A DNA stretch of 62,991 bases, the filler included, from Octopus bimaculoides (taxonomy: Eukaryota), in NCBI RefSeq assembly GCF_001194135.2. It is 5 parts of 5 records of this genome, joined end to end, with 100 filler letters (N's around TTAATTAATTAA, not from the genome) between each part and the next. Parts side by side here need not be neighbours in the genome. Positions count along the whole stretch, not along the records: positions 26,321 to 47,096 come from NC_068981.1; 4 more parts are not named here. The stretch is one strand, 5' to 3'. How positions within the stretch are numbered: position 1 is the stretch's first letter; every line of letters starts with the position of its first letter. The notes below the pieces were generated by a model. That model was given only the letters and a program-made list of their open reading frames with translations. It was not told where the DNA came from and made no database searches. Position numbers and translations under genes: made by a program. Below, one piece after another: positions 26,427 to 39,531 of the stretch.

Positions 26427-27527
26427 CTGTAAGTGTTTATTAGAAAGGAAGTTTTGTTGAGTGTGTGTGTGTCATTTCTGTATATATTGGAAGGTTCTAT
26501 GTAGAAGTTCATTTTATACAAGTTATTAATGTTCTAGTAGCAATAACAGTGATGGTGACGATGATGGTGACAACAACAACAACAATAACAACAACAACAA
26601 CAACAATAATATGCCACCATTCTACTGCTAATGGGGGAGGGTTAATTACTACTGTTAACTTCCCTCCTTCCAATTGGGCAACTATTGTTTTAAACTGCCT
26701 ACACTTAGCTACGGTTGGATAGCCACTGGCCGGTCAAGATGCTAGCCTGCCTGCGCACATCTCCCCCCCCACACACACACGCGTGCTATGTATATCTCCC
26801 CGTACTTACGCTCATGCATGCGTGTATGTATATACACATGTATGCACGCAGCCACACATCTCTTAATTCTACTATATACTCACGGTGAGGGGGTAAAGTT
26901 CCCAATGTAATGGCAATAGAGTTAAATTGGTAGACTTTCAAGAAGGCTACAAGCCGATAGATACAACAGTAACAATGAGGATAAATGCATTCTCATCCAT
27001 ACATATCCATATATACACCCTTATACACATTATGTCCCCTCACATATATCCATACTTATTCATACATACACAACTGTGTGGCCAACTATCATTACATCCG
27101 TATGTACACAACTACATACCTACCTATACATATACACATACATAAATACACACACACACATACTTATACATGTATACACACACATATACATATACCTACA
27201 CACATAGCTATACGCATAGCCACTTCTATTAGTTTTGATAAAGGGGCCGTGTCTGCAGTGCTACTCATTTTCTAGTGTATGTCTTCTTACCTATATGTTA
27301 ATATCAAGCTAGGTTTACCTCCTAATTTCTGTAGCTATATATATACACACCCACACACACATACACAAATATACATATATATACATACATATATNNNNNN
27401 NNNNACACACATATACATATACCTACATATACACATACACATATATACACATATATATATATATATACATATATATACATACATATATACATATACATAC
27501 ATCCATATAGGTATCCACATCCACATA

Positions 27528-27599
<72 letters not shown>

Positions 27600-28720
27600 N
27601 NNNNNNNNNATATGTACACACACACACATGATAGACGTATGGTAATAAAGGTAATGGCAATGTTATATATATAGGAAAATGATGCTTGTACTCCATTTAT
27701 CCCTTATTTTCCCCCTCTAATTTCCATTTCACTTAACAACACAATCTCTCTCTTTAGATCAATAGACCATTCATCACCTTTATATATTGTCATACACTTG
27801 ATCTCTTACTAGTTCATACAAGCATGTTTGACACTTTATTTAATGTGTATGTTTGATGGGCGTGTGTTTGTGTCTGTTTGCCTTGGCATTGCATGATGGT
27901 TGTACAAACTGTGTCATTCAAATCCAACCTTCTGTTATGATAAAGAACACAGAATTCTGTTTGAGATTTATTTTTATCATAAGCAAAAAAATGATGTCTT
28001 TACTATGAATAACAAACACCAAGAAAGTTCAATGGTTATTATTCCTGGGCCAGATATCATAGTAGTTGTTGTCATGAGTTTCTTGATGTTAGCTGCTCAT
28101 TGTTTATTGCTGTTGTCATCCATTCACTGTTTTTGTGTTGTGACAGCACTTTGGTTAGCTACTGTCTGCAGACTGCCATCTTCAATATCTGACCTGATTT
28201 CTGTTGTCTGTCAGTAGTGGTTAAAATGTGCTGAATATATAGTGGTGGTCTTCATCAGGAAAAGCACACTAAAGTTGAAATTGTTGTTAGATCTGGTTCC
28301 ACATGAAGTCTTGAATGGTCAGATTATTTTAATGACATTTGCAATATTTTAGCAAATCACAATTGTATTCTTGAGTTGTTATTTTTTTTTTCTGCGTTGT
28401 ATGTAGATATCCAGTTTTGACTACTAAGTATTTCTACTACATTTGCATGAAAATATGCTTGGTCATAAGGAAAAATTACCTTGCATGAAAACATGAAGGT
28501 TAACAAGAATGGCATTCAGCCATAGAAACTATGCCTCAACAATTCTATTTGACCCATACAAGCATAGAGAACTAGATGTTAAAACAATGATGCTGATGAT
28601 GAAATGATGATGATGACAATGGTGATAATGACATGTAACTTATATATGTTAATTGTCAATCTAAGTGTTATGTTTATCAAGAGACTGTTAATCAACAACT
28701 GTGATCACTCTAGTTGATAG

Positions 28721-28818
28721 GACATGAAATTATTGAAGAACCTGAAGATGATAAAAGTGTTTCTAGTAAAGACAAAAAGAAAGGACGGAAACCTGAGAAA
28801 AAACCTGATAAAGGAAAG
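28721..28818 (+). CDS. LRRC43: LRRC43-like gene, internal exon
   Basis: ttgatAG acceptor, AAG|GTTTGT donor. Encodes (G)HEIIEEPEDDKSVSSKDKKKGRKPEKKPDKGK and joins the next exon in phase 0. Lys-rich linker as recalled for LRRC43. Confidence 0.65.
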
Positions 28819-29066
28819 GTTTGTATTCATAGGATTTATTTACTTTAAGATATGTGTACTGTGATGAGTTTGATTTAAGATCTGAGTTTCTGAAATATGC
28901 TGAACATGATACTGTTTTAAGATATGCTTAATACATCATAAATATTAATAGTAAGCTTTCACATATGTGTGAGGTATATTCAGTGTGACTCCTATGTTTG
29001 AATACATATCAGAGGTGGCACATGGACATTTGGTGTTGAGATATGTTTAATGTGACACATGTTTTG

Positions 29067-29155
29067 ACCCTCTGGAATCTCCTCCCTGCTCATGTCTTTC
29101 CTATTGGCATTGACTTGCAACAGTTTAAATAGTACATTAACAGCATCAGTCTGAG
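29067..29155 (+). mobile_element. L2/CR1-group LINE C-terminal remnant
   Basis: TLWNLLPAHVFPIGIDLQQFK*YINSI resembles the LWNxLP..FP...L..FK..IN end of such RT ORFs. Confidence 0.5.
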
Positions 29156-30111
29156 CTGTCTCACAGAGCTTTCCAAAGCCATGAACATTGCCTCTTCCTC
29201 AAGACCCAGCATGGAAAAAGAAAAAAATACATGACACCTTTGTTTTAAGATATACCAGACGAGATTCTATGATCATTATGGTTTTAGCACACTCTAATCT
29301 TTCATCATATCACACAAGATCACCTTCTCCAATGCCCTCTCCCCTCTCAAAATTCCTTACCTTGCAAGTTACTTGGTGATCCAGCCAGGGTATCCATCTG
29401 TAAAAAACATGCCAAAACTGACCTCGCCTTTGCTGGTGCCACATAAAAAGCATTCAGTTCATTCTGTGGAGTGGTTGGTCTAGCCATAGAAACAATGCCA
29501 AAACAGACACAGTAGCCTGGAGTAATGTTCCACCTGGCCAGTTCCTATCAAACTATCCAATTCTTGCCAGGATGGAAGATGGGCATTAAATGCTGATGAT
29601 GATGAAAGATATGTCCTGAGTATGACTTTAAACTGCATCCAATTACTCCCAAATTTTGAGGAATGGGAACCACTTCTTAGTCACTATTGTTTCTAGGTAT
29701 ACTCTGACATGGAGTAGTAGCACCTGTCAGGGTCCCAGCTATGGGTTAATTAGCATATTAGGGCTTGCTACTGAAGCATGTGAAGACCAGGTCCTTCAGA
29801 GTTCAATGGAGGGGAAGGTGACTGCAGCAATGCACTGTGGATTGCAGAGACCAAGATGATGCAAATAAAACATTTTGTTCATCCACTGCATCCATTTCCA
29901 CCCCTAGTTGTCTCGAGCTAGTCTTGTCACTAGATTGAAGTTGGTCAAAGATAAAAAAGGGAAGCTGAAGGTGCACAACTCTTCTTCTCTTTAAACAAAG
30001 TTATCACATATGTCATTACTCTTTCTTAAGGATCATTCAATGGTCTTCATCACTCTGACAGACGAACATGTATTTATAAATGTATATTGTTTATCCCTTC
30101 TCTGTCAACAG

Positions 30112-30291
30112 AAAACGAAGAAATCTGGCAAAATGGATTTAATAAAATGGTTTCCACCAGAACATACAACGCTAGCCAAATTCTATCTCAATATAGAATC
30201 CTTTATCAAAGGAAACCATTACATCAACACTAGATTTTCCTATGAAATTCCAGATGTCCCTGAAGTTTCTCCAGGCACCGATCGTTCCAAG
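30112..30291 (+). CDS. LRRC43: LRRC43-like gene, internal exon (180 bp, phase 0-0)
   Basis: cccttctctgtcaacAG acceptor, AAG|GTTAGT donor. Encodes KTKKSGKMDLIKWFPPEHTTLAKFYLNIESFIKGNHYINTRFSYEIPDVPEVSPGTDRSK, similar by recall to the LRRC43 segment ..[26 protein letters not shown]... Confidence 0.75.
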
Positions 30292-30699
30292 GTTAGTATT
30301 TTTATCTAAATGAGTAATTGAAATATTTTTAGTTTTCAAATTTCTGTTGTACATGTATGCCTTTGTGTCTCCTTGATTTGACATCACGTGATAATTGTAA
30401 TTGATTTGTTTCTAGTCTTCTATGAAGACATAATACAGTCAAGGAAAAATATTTTCCTACTTAGAAAAATAGGTGATAGTTAGTAACAGGAAGGGCATCT
30501 GGCTATATAAAATCTGCCTCAGTGAATTCTATTTGACTCAAACAAGCATGGAATAATGGATGTTATGATTATGATGCTATTGATCTGCTACTGCTGCTGT
30601 AGTAGAAATGGTGGTGTTATTATCAATATACCTAGTGAGTGATTGGTATAGTAGAATGATGGATTAGATGCTTTAAGAACATTGGTTTGGCAGAATTAT

Positions 30700-31090
30700 T
30701 AAAGTGTCTGACAAAATGCCTTGCAATATTTCTTCTGACCCTCTACATTTTGAGCTCAGATCCTTCTGAAGCCAGCTTGGTCCTTCATCTTTACAGGGCC
30801 AATAAAATAAAGTACCCTCACTTCAAAATCCTGGCCTTATGCCTAAATTATTATTATTATTAATGCTAGAAACAAGGCAGCCAGCTGGTAGAATCATAAA
30901 CATGCTGGGTGAAATGCTTTGTGGCATTTCATCCACCTTTAGGTTCTGAGTTCAAATTCTGCCAAGGTTGACTTTGCCTTTTTTTCCTTCTGGGGCCAAT
31001 AGAATAATTCTTGTTGAATACTGGGATCAATGTAATCAACTTACCTCTTCCCCCTAAATTACTGGCCTTGTGACAAAATTTGAAATCATT
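30700..31090 (+). mobile_element. Tandem pair of family B SINEs
   Basis: Two degenerate copies separated by (ATT)n at about 30847-30862. Confidence 0.7.
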
Positions 31091-32293
31091 ATTAATGCTA
31101 GAAATAATTATTTCTAAAAATGTCAAAAACAATTGTTATTGTTGTTGTTTGGCCCATAGTAAGTCCTGATAAACCATGTACATCTCTCCCTAATATTCTT
31201 TGTATATCTGGGACTGTATTGTCAAATGTGTGTTATCTTTTTTTAAGATGGTAGGATGTGATTCAAGCAGGTTAAACAACTATTTAGATAATAAATCATC
31301 AAGTGCATGGTGAACAGCAAGAATAAGAATGATGACATGTATTAAGCATGTATACAGTAGTTATGGGTGAGGAGGCACAATAAAGTCAAAACACTGGGTA
31401 CCTCAAAATCCCCTTACCCAAATGAATCAAGTGTGTTATGAACATACATTCATCTGAAAGGAGAAGTTGTTCTTCAGTGATTAAATACTACAGCAATTAG
31501 TATATTTATGTTTGAATCTGTCAGAACATATCAAAAATGAATATGTATGTCATCATATAAACATAAGTGTGTATGTATACATACATACATACATATANNN
31601 NNNNNNNNNNNNNNNNNNNNNNNNNNNNNNNNNNNNNNNNNNNNNNNNNNNNNNNNNNNNNNNNNNNNNNNNNNNNNNNNNNNNNNNNNNNNNNNNNTAT
31701 ATGTATATATATGTATATATATATATGTATGTATATATATATATATGAGAACATTATTGACTGCACATACTCAATGCATGTGTTTCATTTGTTCACCAGT
31801 TTGTTGTGGTACAGCACTTGGGGGAAGACTTCCTCATAATATTATGAGGGAGTCATCTCTCAAGCACTAGACTGCAGCTAACCTGCAAACAAACAAAACA
31901 CATACATCAAGTATGTGTGGTCAATAATGTTTACAAAACTAGCGCTGGTTTCAATTTGTTATTGAATATGAGAACATTTTTTGCACAAATAAGCAAACAT
32001 TGAAGCACTGAGTGAGTTGAAAATATTCTTGAGAAATTAAGGAAAACTTGATCAAAGAAAAATATAGGGGTCCTTCACCTGGTTTTCTAAAAAAAATTAT
32101 TTTTACAGCTATTCTCCTGCATTTAAGATTTCCTTCATTTCTAAAAAAATATATTTATGTTTTTGCATATATAGTTAGCTATGAAGCACATGTGTCATGT
32201 AATCTAGATATTAAGTTAAAAAAGAGACTAACATATTTTGACATTATTTAAGTAAAATTTCTTAAGGTTTCTATCTTTAATATTTACCAGCAG

Positions 32294-32357
32294 ATTTATA
32301 AGAAGGAGGATAAACTGAAGAAACCTCTTTCAAGAGCCTCACAGATTTCTTTGAAAA
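32294..32357 (+). CDS. LRRC43: LRRC43-like gene, internal exon (64 bp)
   Basis: tttacCAGCAG tandem acceptor, AAA|GTATGT donor. Encodes IYKKEDKLKKPLSRASQISLK; phase 0 in, phase 1 out, compatible with both neighbours. Confidence 0.7.
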
Positions 32358-33474
32358 GTATGTATGTTTGCTTTGTTCTCTTAATATCTGAGTAAAATAA
32401 TCCTTTAGCAGTCCAGATTAGCCATTATGCAAAATAAGGATGTATGCTTGTGAGTAAGAATGAAGCATTTGTCATATAGAATTGGGATAGTAGTGTTTGC
32501 TTATTACTTTCTGTTTTCAACTACTGTTCCTTGCTAGCTTTCTTTGTTGGAATGGAAAAAAAAAGGATCCATATGTGTAAATCTCAACCTCCTGGTACAT
32601 GGCTCCTCTACCACCAAAACTTCAGTGATGTCTTCTTTTAACCACATGTAGTACTGGATATCTTCCTGTAAACAGTGCTAGATCTCAGAGCAGCAGCAAG
32701 CCAGAGAGAATAGGTGCAGAGGTCCACAAGGGAGTGAACATGCCTTTGCATGTCCCAGCCAAAGTTAATAAGAATAGACAGGGCTCAGCCACGAATGCTA
32801 ACCCATAGTCACGCTGGACAAAAATGGCTGACCAACTTGCTAGAAATAGTAACCAAATCTTCTTTACTTCAAACTCTACCATTAAAAGAATAAGGAAAAT
32901 TAGTAAATGCAGTCTTGGATGCTTATCTGAATGACAGGCAAAATAGATGTAGCTAGAATGCCTTTGGTTATAGGTCTGCTCAATCAGACAACAAACAAAT
33001 CAGAGTATACACATTCACATAAACCTATGTAAAGATCAAACTAACTGTGCTACAATGTTCATGTAGGCAGTTCTTGCCCATTAAACCAAGTATGCAGCAT
33101 AAAGTTGATTGGGTATGAAGCTAAAGTGATTTCATCCATGCCACATCAACTGAGTGGAAATACTGAATAGATTTTTGTGAAAAACATTTTTGGGAAGAAG
33201 GGGAAAATGAGTTTCAGATAATTCACACACCTTGACTTTGTTTCCTTGTACATTTCAGAATAATGGATATTTTTAATGAAATTTTCTACAAATATCTTTC
33301 AAATTATGTTGATTACAATTATTTCAGTATTTAATGCAAATATGATATGATATGTGAGTGTATGTACGTACGTGCATGTGTGCATGTGTATTTATTTATA
33401 CATATATGTATAGAGAGAGTGGTCAGGGGGCATACACACATTCAGAAGACTGATTTGTTACTTTAATTAAGCAG

Positions 33475-33623
33475 ATAAAAATGCTGGTGCATTAAAGAAG
33501 AAAGGGAAACAAGCCAAAGAATCTCCTGAAGATATGATGCCGACAGCCTTGGAGTTTGATTTTACTATAAGACTGTATGACTGGACATCAACTGAAGACT
33601 GTATGGGAGATACATCTGAATAA
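33475..33623 (+). CDS. LRRC43: LRRC43-like gene, last coding exon
   Basis: ctttaattaagcAG acceptor. Encodes (N)KNAGALKKKGKQAKESPEDMMPTALEFDFTIRLYDWTSTEDCMGDTSE* with TAA at 33621-33623; resembles the recalled LRRC43 C-terminus [21 protein letters not shown]. Symbol from memory, not a search. Confidence 0.7.
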
Positions 33624-34123
33624 AATATAATACCAAGATTAACACTCTATCTTCACTGTATTGATCCCTTTTATCAATATTGCTTAATTTGTGTTGAAAA
33701 GGAAGTTGTTTTAGTTTGTAAAGCAAGTCTATAGAGTAATGTGTAACAGGAAGAGTATGTTGCTGGGGTGGATGAAGTGTTGGATATATTTTTCAGTGAA
33801 TGGGATCAGATTAAACCAAGGCATGCTTCTCTAATTTTTTCAAGTCAATGACAAAGGCTGTATGTGGTTGAGAGCCATGCAAGAAACACTAGCCAAATTT
33901 CTTTGAAATCAAACTCTATTCTCTCAAACTAGGAAGCACACACCAAATAATCTAGTCCTAAATAACTGTAAAGGATGGGCTGGTCATAACTAGACGGCTT
34001 TTCATCATAGATCCAATTAGTTTAGGTTCACTCAAACCTAAACAATGATAACAACAACCGCAACACTATTTGTCTCAAGTGATGAAGTTTGTGCAAATTT
34101 CCATCATAATATCATAATTATAC

Positions 34124-34475
34124 TAAAGGTGGCAAGCTGGCAAAATTGTTAGCACACCAGGCTAAATGCTTAGCAACACTTCACCTGAATTCATACATTC
34201 TGAGTATAAATTCTACCGAGATCAACTTTGCCTTTCATCCTTTTGGGGTCAATAAAACATGTACCAGTTGAGCAATGGGGTTGATGTAATTGACTTACCC
34301 CACTCAGCTGAAATGAGTGGCCTTGGATCAAAATTTGAAGCCAATATCATTATCGTTTAACGTCCGCTCTCCATGCTAGCATGTGTTGGATGATTTGACT
34401 GAGGACTGGTGAACCAGATGGCTACACCCAGGCTCCAATCTGATTTGGCAGAGTTTCTACAGCTGGATGCCCTCA
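34124..34475. mobile_element. Family B SINE (+) followed by a family C (RTE-type GAT-tailed) SINE end (-)
   Basis: 34124-34345 matches family B; 34350-34475 matches the ATCATC..GTTTAACGTCCGC..GGATGCCC tail block also at 44357 and 46735. Confidence 0.75.
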
Positions 34476-35780
34476 GGCCAGATTGGCAGACTCACTAGTG
34501 TTATAATTTCTATATAAAACGTCTGATAGTTATTTCAAAACATCTAACAATGTTAGATTCAATTAGAAGGTTTTGAGCAATCAGAATTGTTAGCATGCTG
34601 GACAAAATGCTTAGCAGACTTTCTTCTGGTTTTACTTTCTGAGTTCAAATTCCACTTTGCCTTTCATCTTTTCAGGGTCATTAAAATAAAATACTAGTCA
34701 AGTACTAGTGTTGATGGTAATGACTGTACCTTTCCATTCAAAATTACCAGCCTTTTGTCTAAATTAGAAACAATTATGCAATTTAATTCTTGTTATTATT
34801 TAATCCCAGGTCAGTCTTGATCAAGCTGACTTATGGTCAAAAGCAGTCCAGCCATGACCATTCTTTTGTTTTCTTCAAACATGGTGTATCTAGGACAATG
34901 TTATCTAATGTATCCATTTCTAGAAAAAACAGCTGGGAGATTTTACAGCTATATCACACAGACTCAGTGACCACACAAAGGTTGTCCCATTAGCTTGATT
35001 ACAATTTGATGTTATTGTCTAGCACCAGGTCAGTCCTTATTGAGCAGACCTTTGTCCAATACGGCAATACAGCCATGACCATCTTGTTTTTTTTCCCAAA
35101 GTGTAAAGAAGCCAGGCCCACATTATCCAAAGTGACCACATAAAGTGACCACATAAAGGTTCCCACATTAGTTTGATTGCAATTTAGTTTGTCAAAGTAA
35201 AGGAACAGTACTTGGAACTTTAGTAATCTCACCCAGATACATGGAGTCAATACAATGGTGTTCATCTTGAATTTCAGCTAGTTGATGTGGATTGAAATTT
35301 GACTTGAAATTAAGCAAATGGTATGTACACTAGGCTTCTCATAAGGGCTCAAAATATCTCATGATATCAGTACAAAACTAAAAAGATTTACAGACATATT
35401 TCTCTCATCTCTACTAATGTTTCTAAGTGTGGGGTGTGTTTTACTAGCAACTGCTATCTTACTGGAACACTGAGCCACATCAGATGCTATATTTTAGAAA
35501 CTTCTGCATCCTAATCAAGGACAAAGACTACTCACCTATATTAGTGTCATTAGCAGAGATACACAACATGAAATTGAGGACCTGCCAAAGCTAATGGGGC
35601 ACAGAGTCCTAGAAGTGCATAGTGAGATGCATCTCAGGTGCGACTAAACAATGATAACAATTGCAGCAACACTATTTGTTTCAAGAGTGATTGAGTTTGT
35701 GCAAATTTCCATCATAATATCATTATTATACTATTTAGTAAGGCATCGGGCCAATACAAAACATTTAACAGTTAGTTTAA

Positions 35781-35935
35781 CCCCTTAGCACTTAAACTGG
35801 CCATATCCAGCCTCTCACGCCTAACCTACAATCACATTATCAAAATCTCAAGGTTACAAGAGAATGCAGGATAAATTTAAAACAATGTGAATAGATAACC
35901 ATTACATTTGGTGAAAAAATGCAAATTCTAAAGGG
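35781..35935. mobile_element. piggyBac-type MITE with TTAA target-site duplication
   Basis: TTAA|CCCCTTAGCA...TTCTAAAGGG|TTAA; TTAA at 35777-35780 and 35936-35939. Confidence 0.85.
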
Positions 35936-36337
35936 TTAAAATATCTAGCATTGTTAGAATCAGTTAGAATGTGTTGAGCTATCAGAATTGTTAGCATGCT
36001 GGACAAGTTGCTTAGTGGCATTTCTTCTGGCTTTATTTTCTGGGTTAAAATTCCTCTTTGTTTATTGTTTTTCCAGGGTCATTAAAATAAAATACTAGTC
36101 AAGTACTAGTGTTGATGGTAATGACTGATCCTTTCCTCTCAAAATTACTGGCCTTCCAGTGGGCTTTTTTTTTTTTTTGTGACTTCAAATCTTACTTAAA
36201 GTCAACTTTGCTGTCTTCCTTTGACATAAAACTGCGTAACAATATCGCATACTTGGACTTGACAAGCTACATGGGCCCTTAAACAGCTAAAATACCAAGC
36301 AAATCTCCCTCTTTGAAATCATACATCTTTGTATTAA

Positions 36338-36490
36338 CCCTTTAGCATTCAGGTTATTTTGTCAAATGTAATACTTATTTATTTTTAGAATGACATTGTA
36401 GAGTATGTGTGAGAGGTTGAATCTGGCTGGTTTGAACATAAAATGGGTAGAACATTTGGACCAGATATGGCTTATTTAAATGCTAAAGAG
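36338..36490. mobile_element. Second copy of the piggyBac-type MITE, opposite orientation
   Basis: TTAA|CCCTTTAGCATT...AATGCTAAAGAG; the internal sequence is reverse-homologous to 35781-35935. Confidence 0.75.
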
Positions 36491-36564
36491 AAGACAAACT
36501 GGATGGTGTAGTCCAAGACATTATCTTTGAAAATAAGAAGAGATGACTGCAAGTGGAATGCCTT

Positions 36565-36670
36565 TGACCATCTGCGATGGACTGGCGTCCCATCCAGCTG
36601 GGGGGAACACATACGCCATAGAAACCGGGAAACCGGGCCCATGAGCCTGGCTAGGCTTTGAAAGGGCGAC
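36565..36670 (+). mobile_element. SINE 3' fragment with a V-domain-like block
   Basis: CTGCGATGGACTGGCGTCCCATCCAG..GAAACCGGGAAACCGG; resemblance to V-SINE-type domains is from recall. Confidence 0.45.
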
Positions 36671-38829
36671 GAAAATATATATATATTTATATATATATAG
36701 ATATATATATATATGTATGTATATATGTATGTATAATCTCTTGTACTGAAGATTGCAGTGCTATTGTAGATTAAATATTTAGTTTAAATAAATTATGTAT
36801 GTATTAGTGATGGTGAATTATTTCCTTTTTGGTTTAATTAATTATTTTATATATATAAATAAAAATATGCATGTGTGTGTGTGTGTGTGTATGAGATACC
36901 TGCTTCCATCCCTCAATTATACTTTCATCTCTTGTAATACTATACTCTCAAATTCAATTGAGGGATCTTGTCTTGCAAGTTACATGGTAACCACACAAGT
37001 TCTTGGGCAACAAAAAATGTACCCAGTACATTATGTAAAATTGTTGGCTTTAGAAAGAACATCCATCAACAGAAATTATGCTTTACCAGACAGTGGAGCT
37101 TGGTGCAGTCTTTTAGCTCCTTGGTTCCTGTTGCACCATCCACTTGTGCCAGCTTAGCAAATGGACATTAAATGATGATGATAATGACGGCGATGACGAT
37201 GATTCCATCCATGACTATACAGTCATTACTTTATCAGGCATTGTCCACTCAGAATTACATTCTTCAGTATGTTCATTTCTTTAAGAGAATATGGTGTGAT
37301 TTCAGGGAGATTTGACTGCTATTCCTAGCTAATTTCTGTACTGCACAAATACTATCACAGATGTGCTCCTTTTAACATTTCCAATTTTAGTAACACATAC
37401 TCTCATCTCTTGGAATGTGCACATGTGAGGCTAAGAGATGGGTCTTGAGTGTTTTATGTTTTGTTTTTTTCCCTTAACACCTCGACTATTTTTAGGGTTA
37501 TTCTAAAGTTAAGTCATATGAAATTCTGGTGAGCTTATTAAAGTAATGATTTCTCCAAGAATAATTAAATATTCATCTTTAATAATAATTACTGCTGTCA
37601 GTGTTGCATGTATGTTGATGTAGCATATTAGTATATACTTAAGACAGTATATATGAGTATGTGTAAATGTGCAAGTAAATTTTGCATTTGGTGTATTAGT
37701 ATGTGTTTGTTTGTATTAGTATGTATGTGTATCTATAATATTTAGTGATAGTTTCTGCAAGTCTGAAAGTTAGTTTAATACTGCAAACATTGCATAATGC
37801 AGCTGCAACAGCAATGACAACAATAACAACAACAATGAAAACATCATTAACAACAATCAGCAACAAAACTTTTCATTTATTTTCTAAGAAGTATTTCTTC
37901 ATTTTCTTCTTTTTTTTTATTGAATTTTCTATTCGATAATTCATAAATTACCCAGAGGCAAGAACGGTAGGTGATATGTGGTGTATAGTGGTTAGTGTGT
38001 GGTGGATAACTGCTTTGCTGGGGTAGACAAAAGACATTGTAGTAACATTGCCATTTTCAAATTGATTGAAGTAAACGGATATCAATTGATGAATATGTTG
38101 TAATTAATTTTTTTGGAGTGGTGGTGAGGAAGGTGTAATTGTAGTGTGTATTGTAGTGGGGAGAAGGAAATTTTCTTTCATATTGATGAAATAAACTCTT
38201 ATTGGTGTTCTCAAGTCACAAAGATATACAAAAAAACAACAAAAGTAAAGTAAAACAGATAAATGAAAATCAAACAAACAATTTTATTGTAAATTGTACT
38301 TCATAACCTTTGTGATCTACAGGAACCGAAAGAATTTATTACATCATCTCAGAGATTTTTTATTTGTGATTTAGTAACAAAACATTAATCAGTATTATAC
38401 TACAACACATCTTCATTATTGTACACATACATCAACCCTTTGACGTAACATTAACACAACTACACCACATTCACACAGCATGGCCATACATCATATGAAC
38501 ATTACCATATATGGTATTATAATGCACTAACATACCACACAACACAACTAAACTATATACTGTAAGTATGCCAATGAGAAAGTTTCTCCAAGAAATGAAA
38601 GGATCTCCATGTGATCATTTGACCTGCCAAATAAGCAGTCAAATTTTCTTCAAATTACACCCTGTTATCTTTTTAAAAAAAGGAAAGATTATTGGTAAGT
38701 GTAGTACTAAATACACCAGGGCTAGAGAAGATTGTTTCAGTTACTAGATCAAGGCTAACCTAGAACTAAACAATACAACAACTATACAGCATGTCAACAC
38801 TATCATACACCTCATTTCTTATACTAATA

Positions 38830-39275
38830 ATGGTTTCAAATTTTGGCACAAGGCCAGTAATTTTTAGAGGAAGGGGTTTAGACAATTATCTCACCCCCAA
38901 TGCTCAGTTGGTACTTATTTTATTGACCCTGAAAGGATAAAAACCAAAGTTGACCTCAGCAAAATTTGAACTCAAAATGTAAAGAGCCAAGAAATACCAC
39001 TGAGCATTTTTTCCAACATACTCATGATTTTGCCAGCTCATTCATCATACAAACCACACTAATAATTCCTTCTACAACAGGTACAAGGCCTGGGAGGGGG
39101 CAAATCAACTACATCAATTCTAGTGCTCAATCTGTACTTATTTTATCAACCCTGGAAAGATGAAAGGCAAAGTTGAGCTCAATGTTATTTGAACTCAGAA
39201 CATAAAGAGCCAGAAAAAAATCGACAAAGCATTTTGTCCAACATGCTAATGATTCTGCTAAGTTGCCACCCTTCT
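38830..39275 (-). mobile_element. Tandem pair of family B SINEs
   Basis: Two reverse copies, each starting near TAATAAT..TTTCAAATTTTGGCACAAGGCC or ..CACAAGGCC. Confidence 0.75.
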
Positions 39276-39440
39276 ATCATACTAATAAAACTATTAAACA
39301 ATACACCAACACTGCAACATATTACACAGTAATTCTGTCATAAATAACACAATAACAATGCAACCAGGCAACATCTTAATGTTCCACTACACAACTGTCA
39401 CAACACAAGAGGACACCGATACAACCACATACATACTAAC

Positions 39441-39531
39441 ATATCCGCATGACCATTCCTGTATGGAAAACAACCAATATTTGTTTCTTGACTGTCCAGA
39501 GTGAACATCAATATCAATAATGTTGGGTAAT
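39441..39531 (-). CDS. Candidate internal coding exon (91 bp) of the unidentified minus-strand gene
   Basis: Strong acceptor gtttttcttcataccaattttacAG, donor AT|GTTAGT. The phase 1-2 frame gives (D)YPTLLILMFTLDSQETNIGCFPYRNGHAD(I); a second frame is also open. Confidence 0.5.

Noticed and set aside
27900-28217. 105-aa ORF just upstream of the first LRRC43-like exon
   Set aside because: No usable acceptor or donor and no LRRC43-like motifs.
35535-36931. Additional minus-strand exon candidates (about 36901-36931 DESIIEGWKQ; about 35535-35580 VLNFMLCISANDTNI)
   Set aside because: The first has a weak acceptor, and including both breaks phase with exon 26337-26426; not supportable without transcripts.
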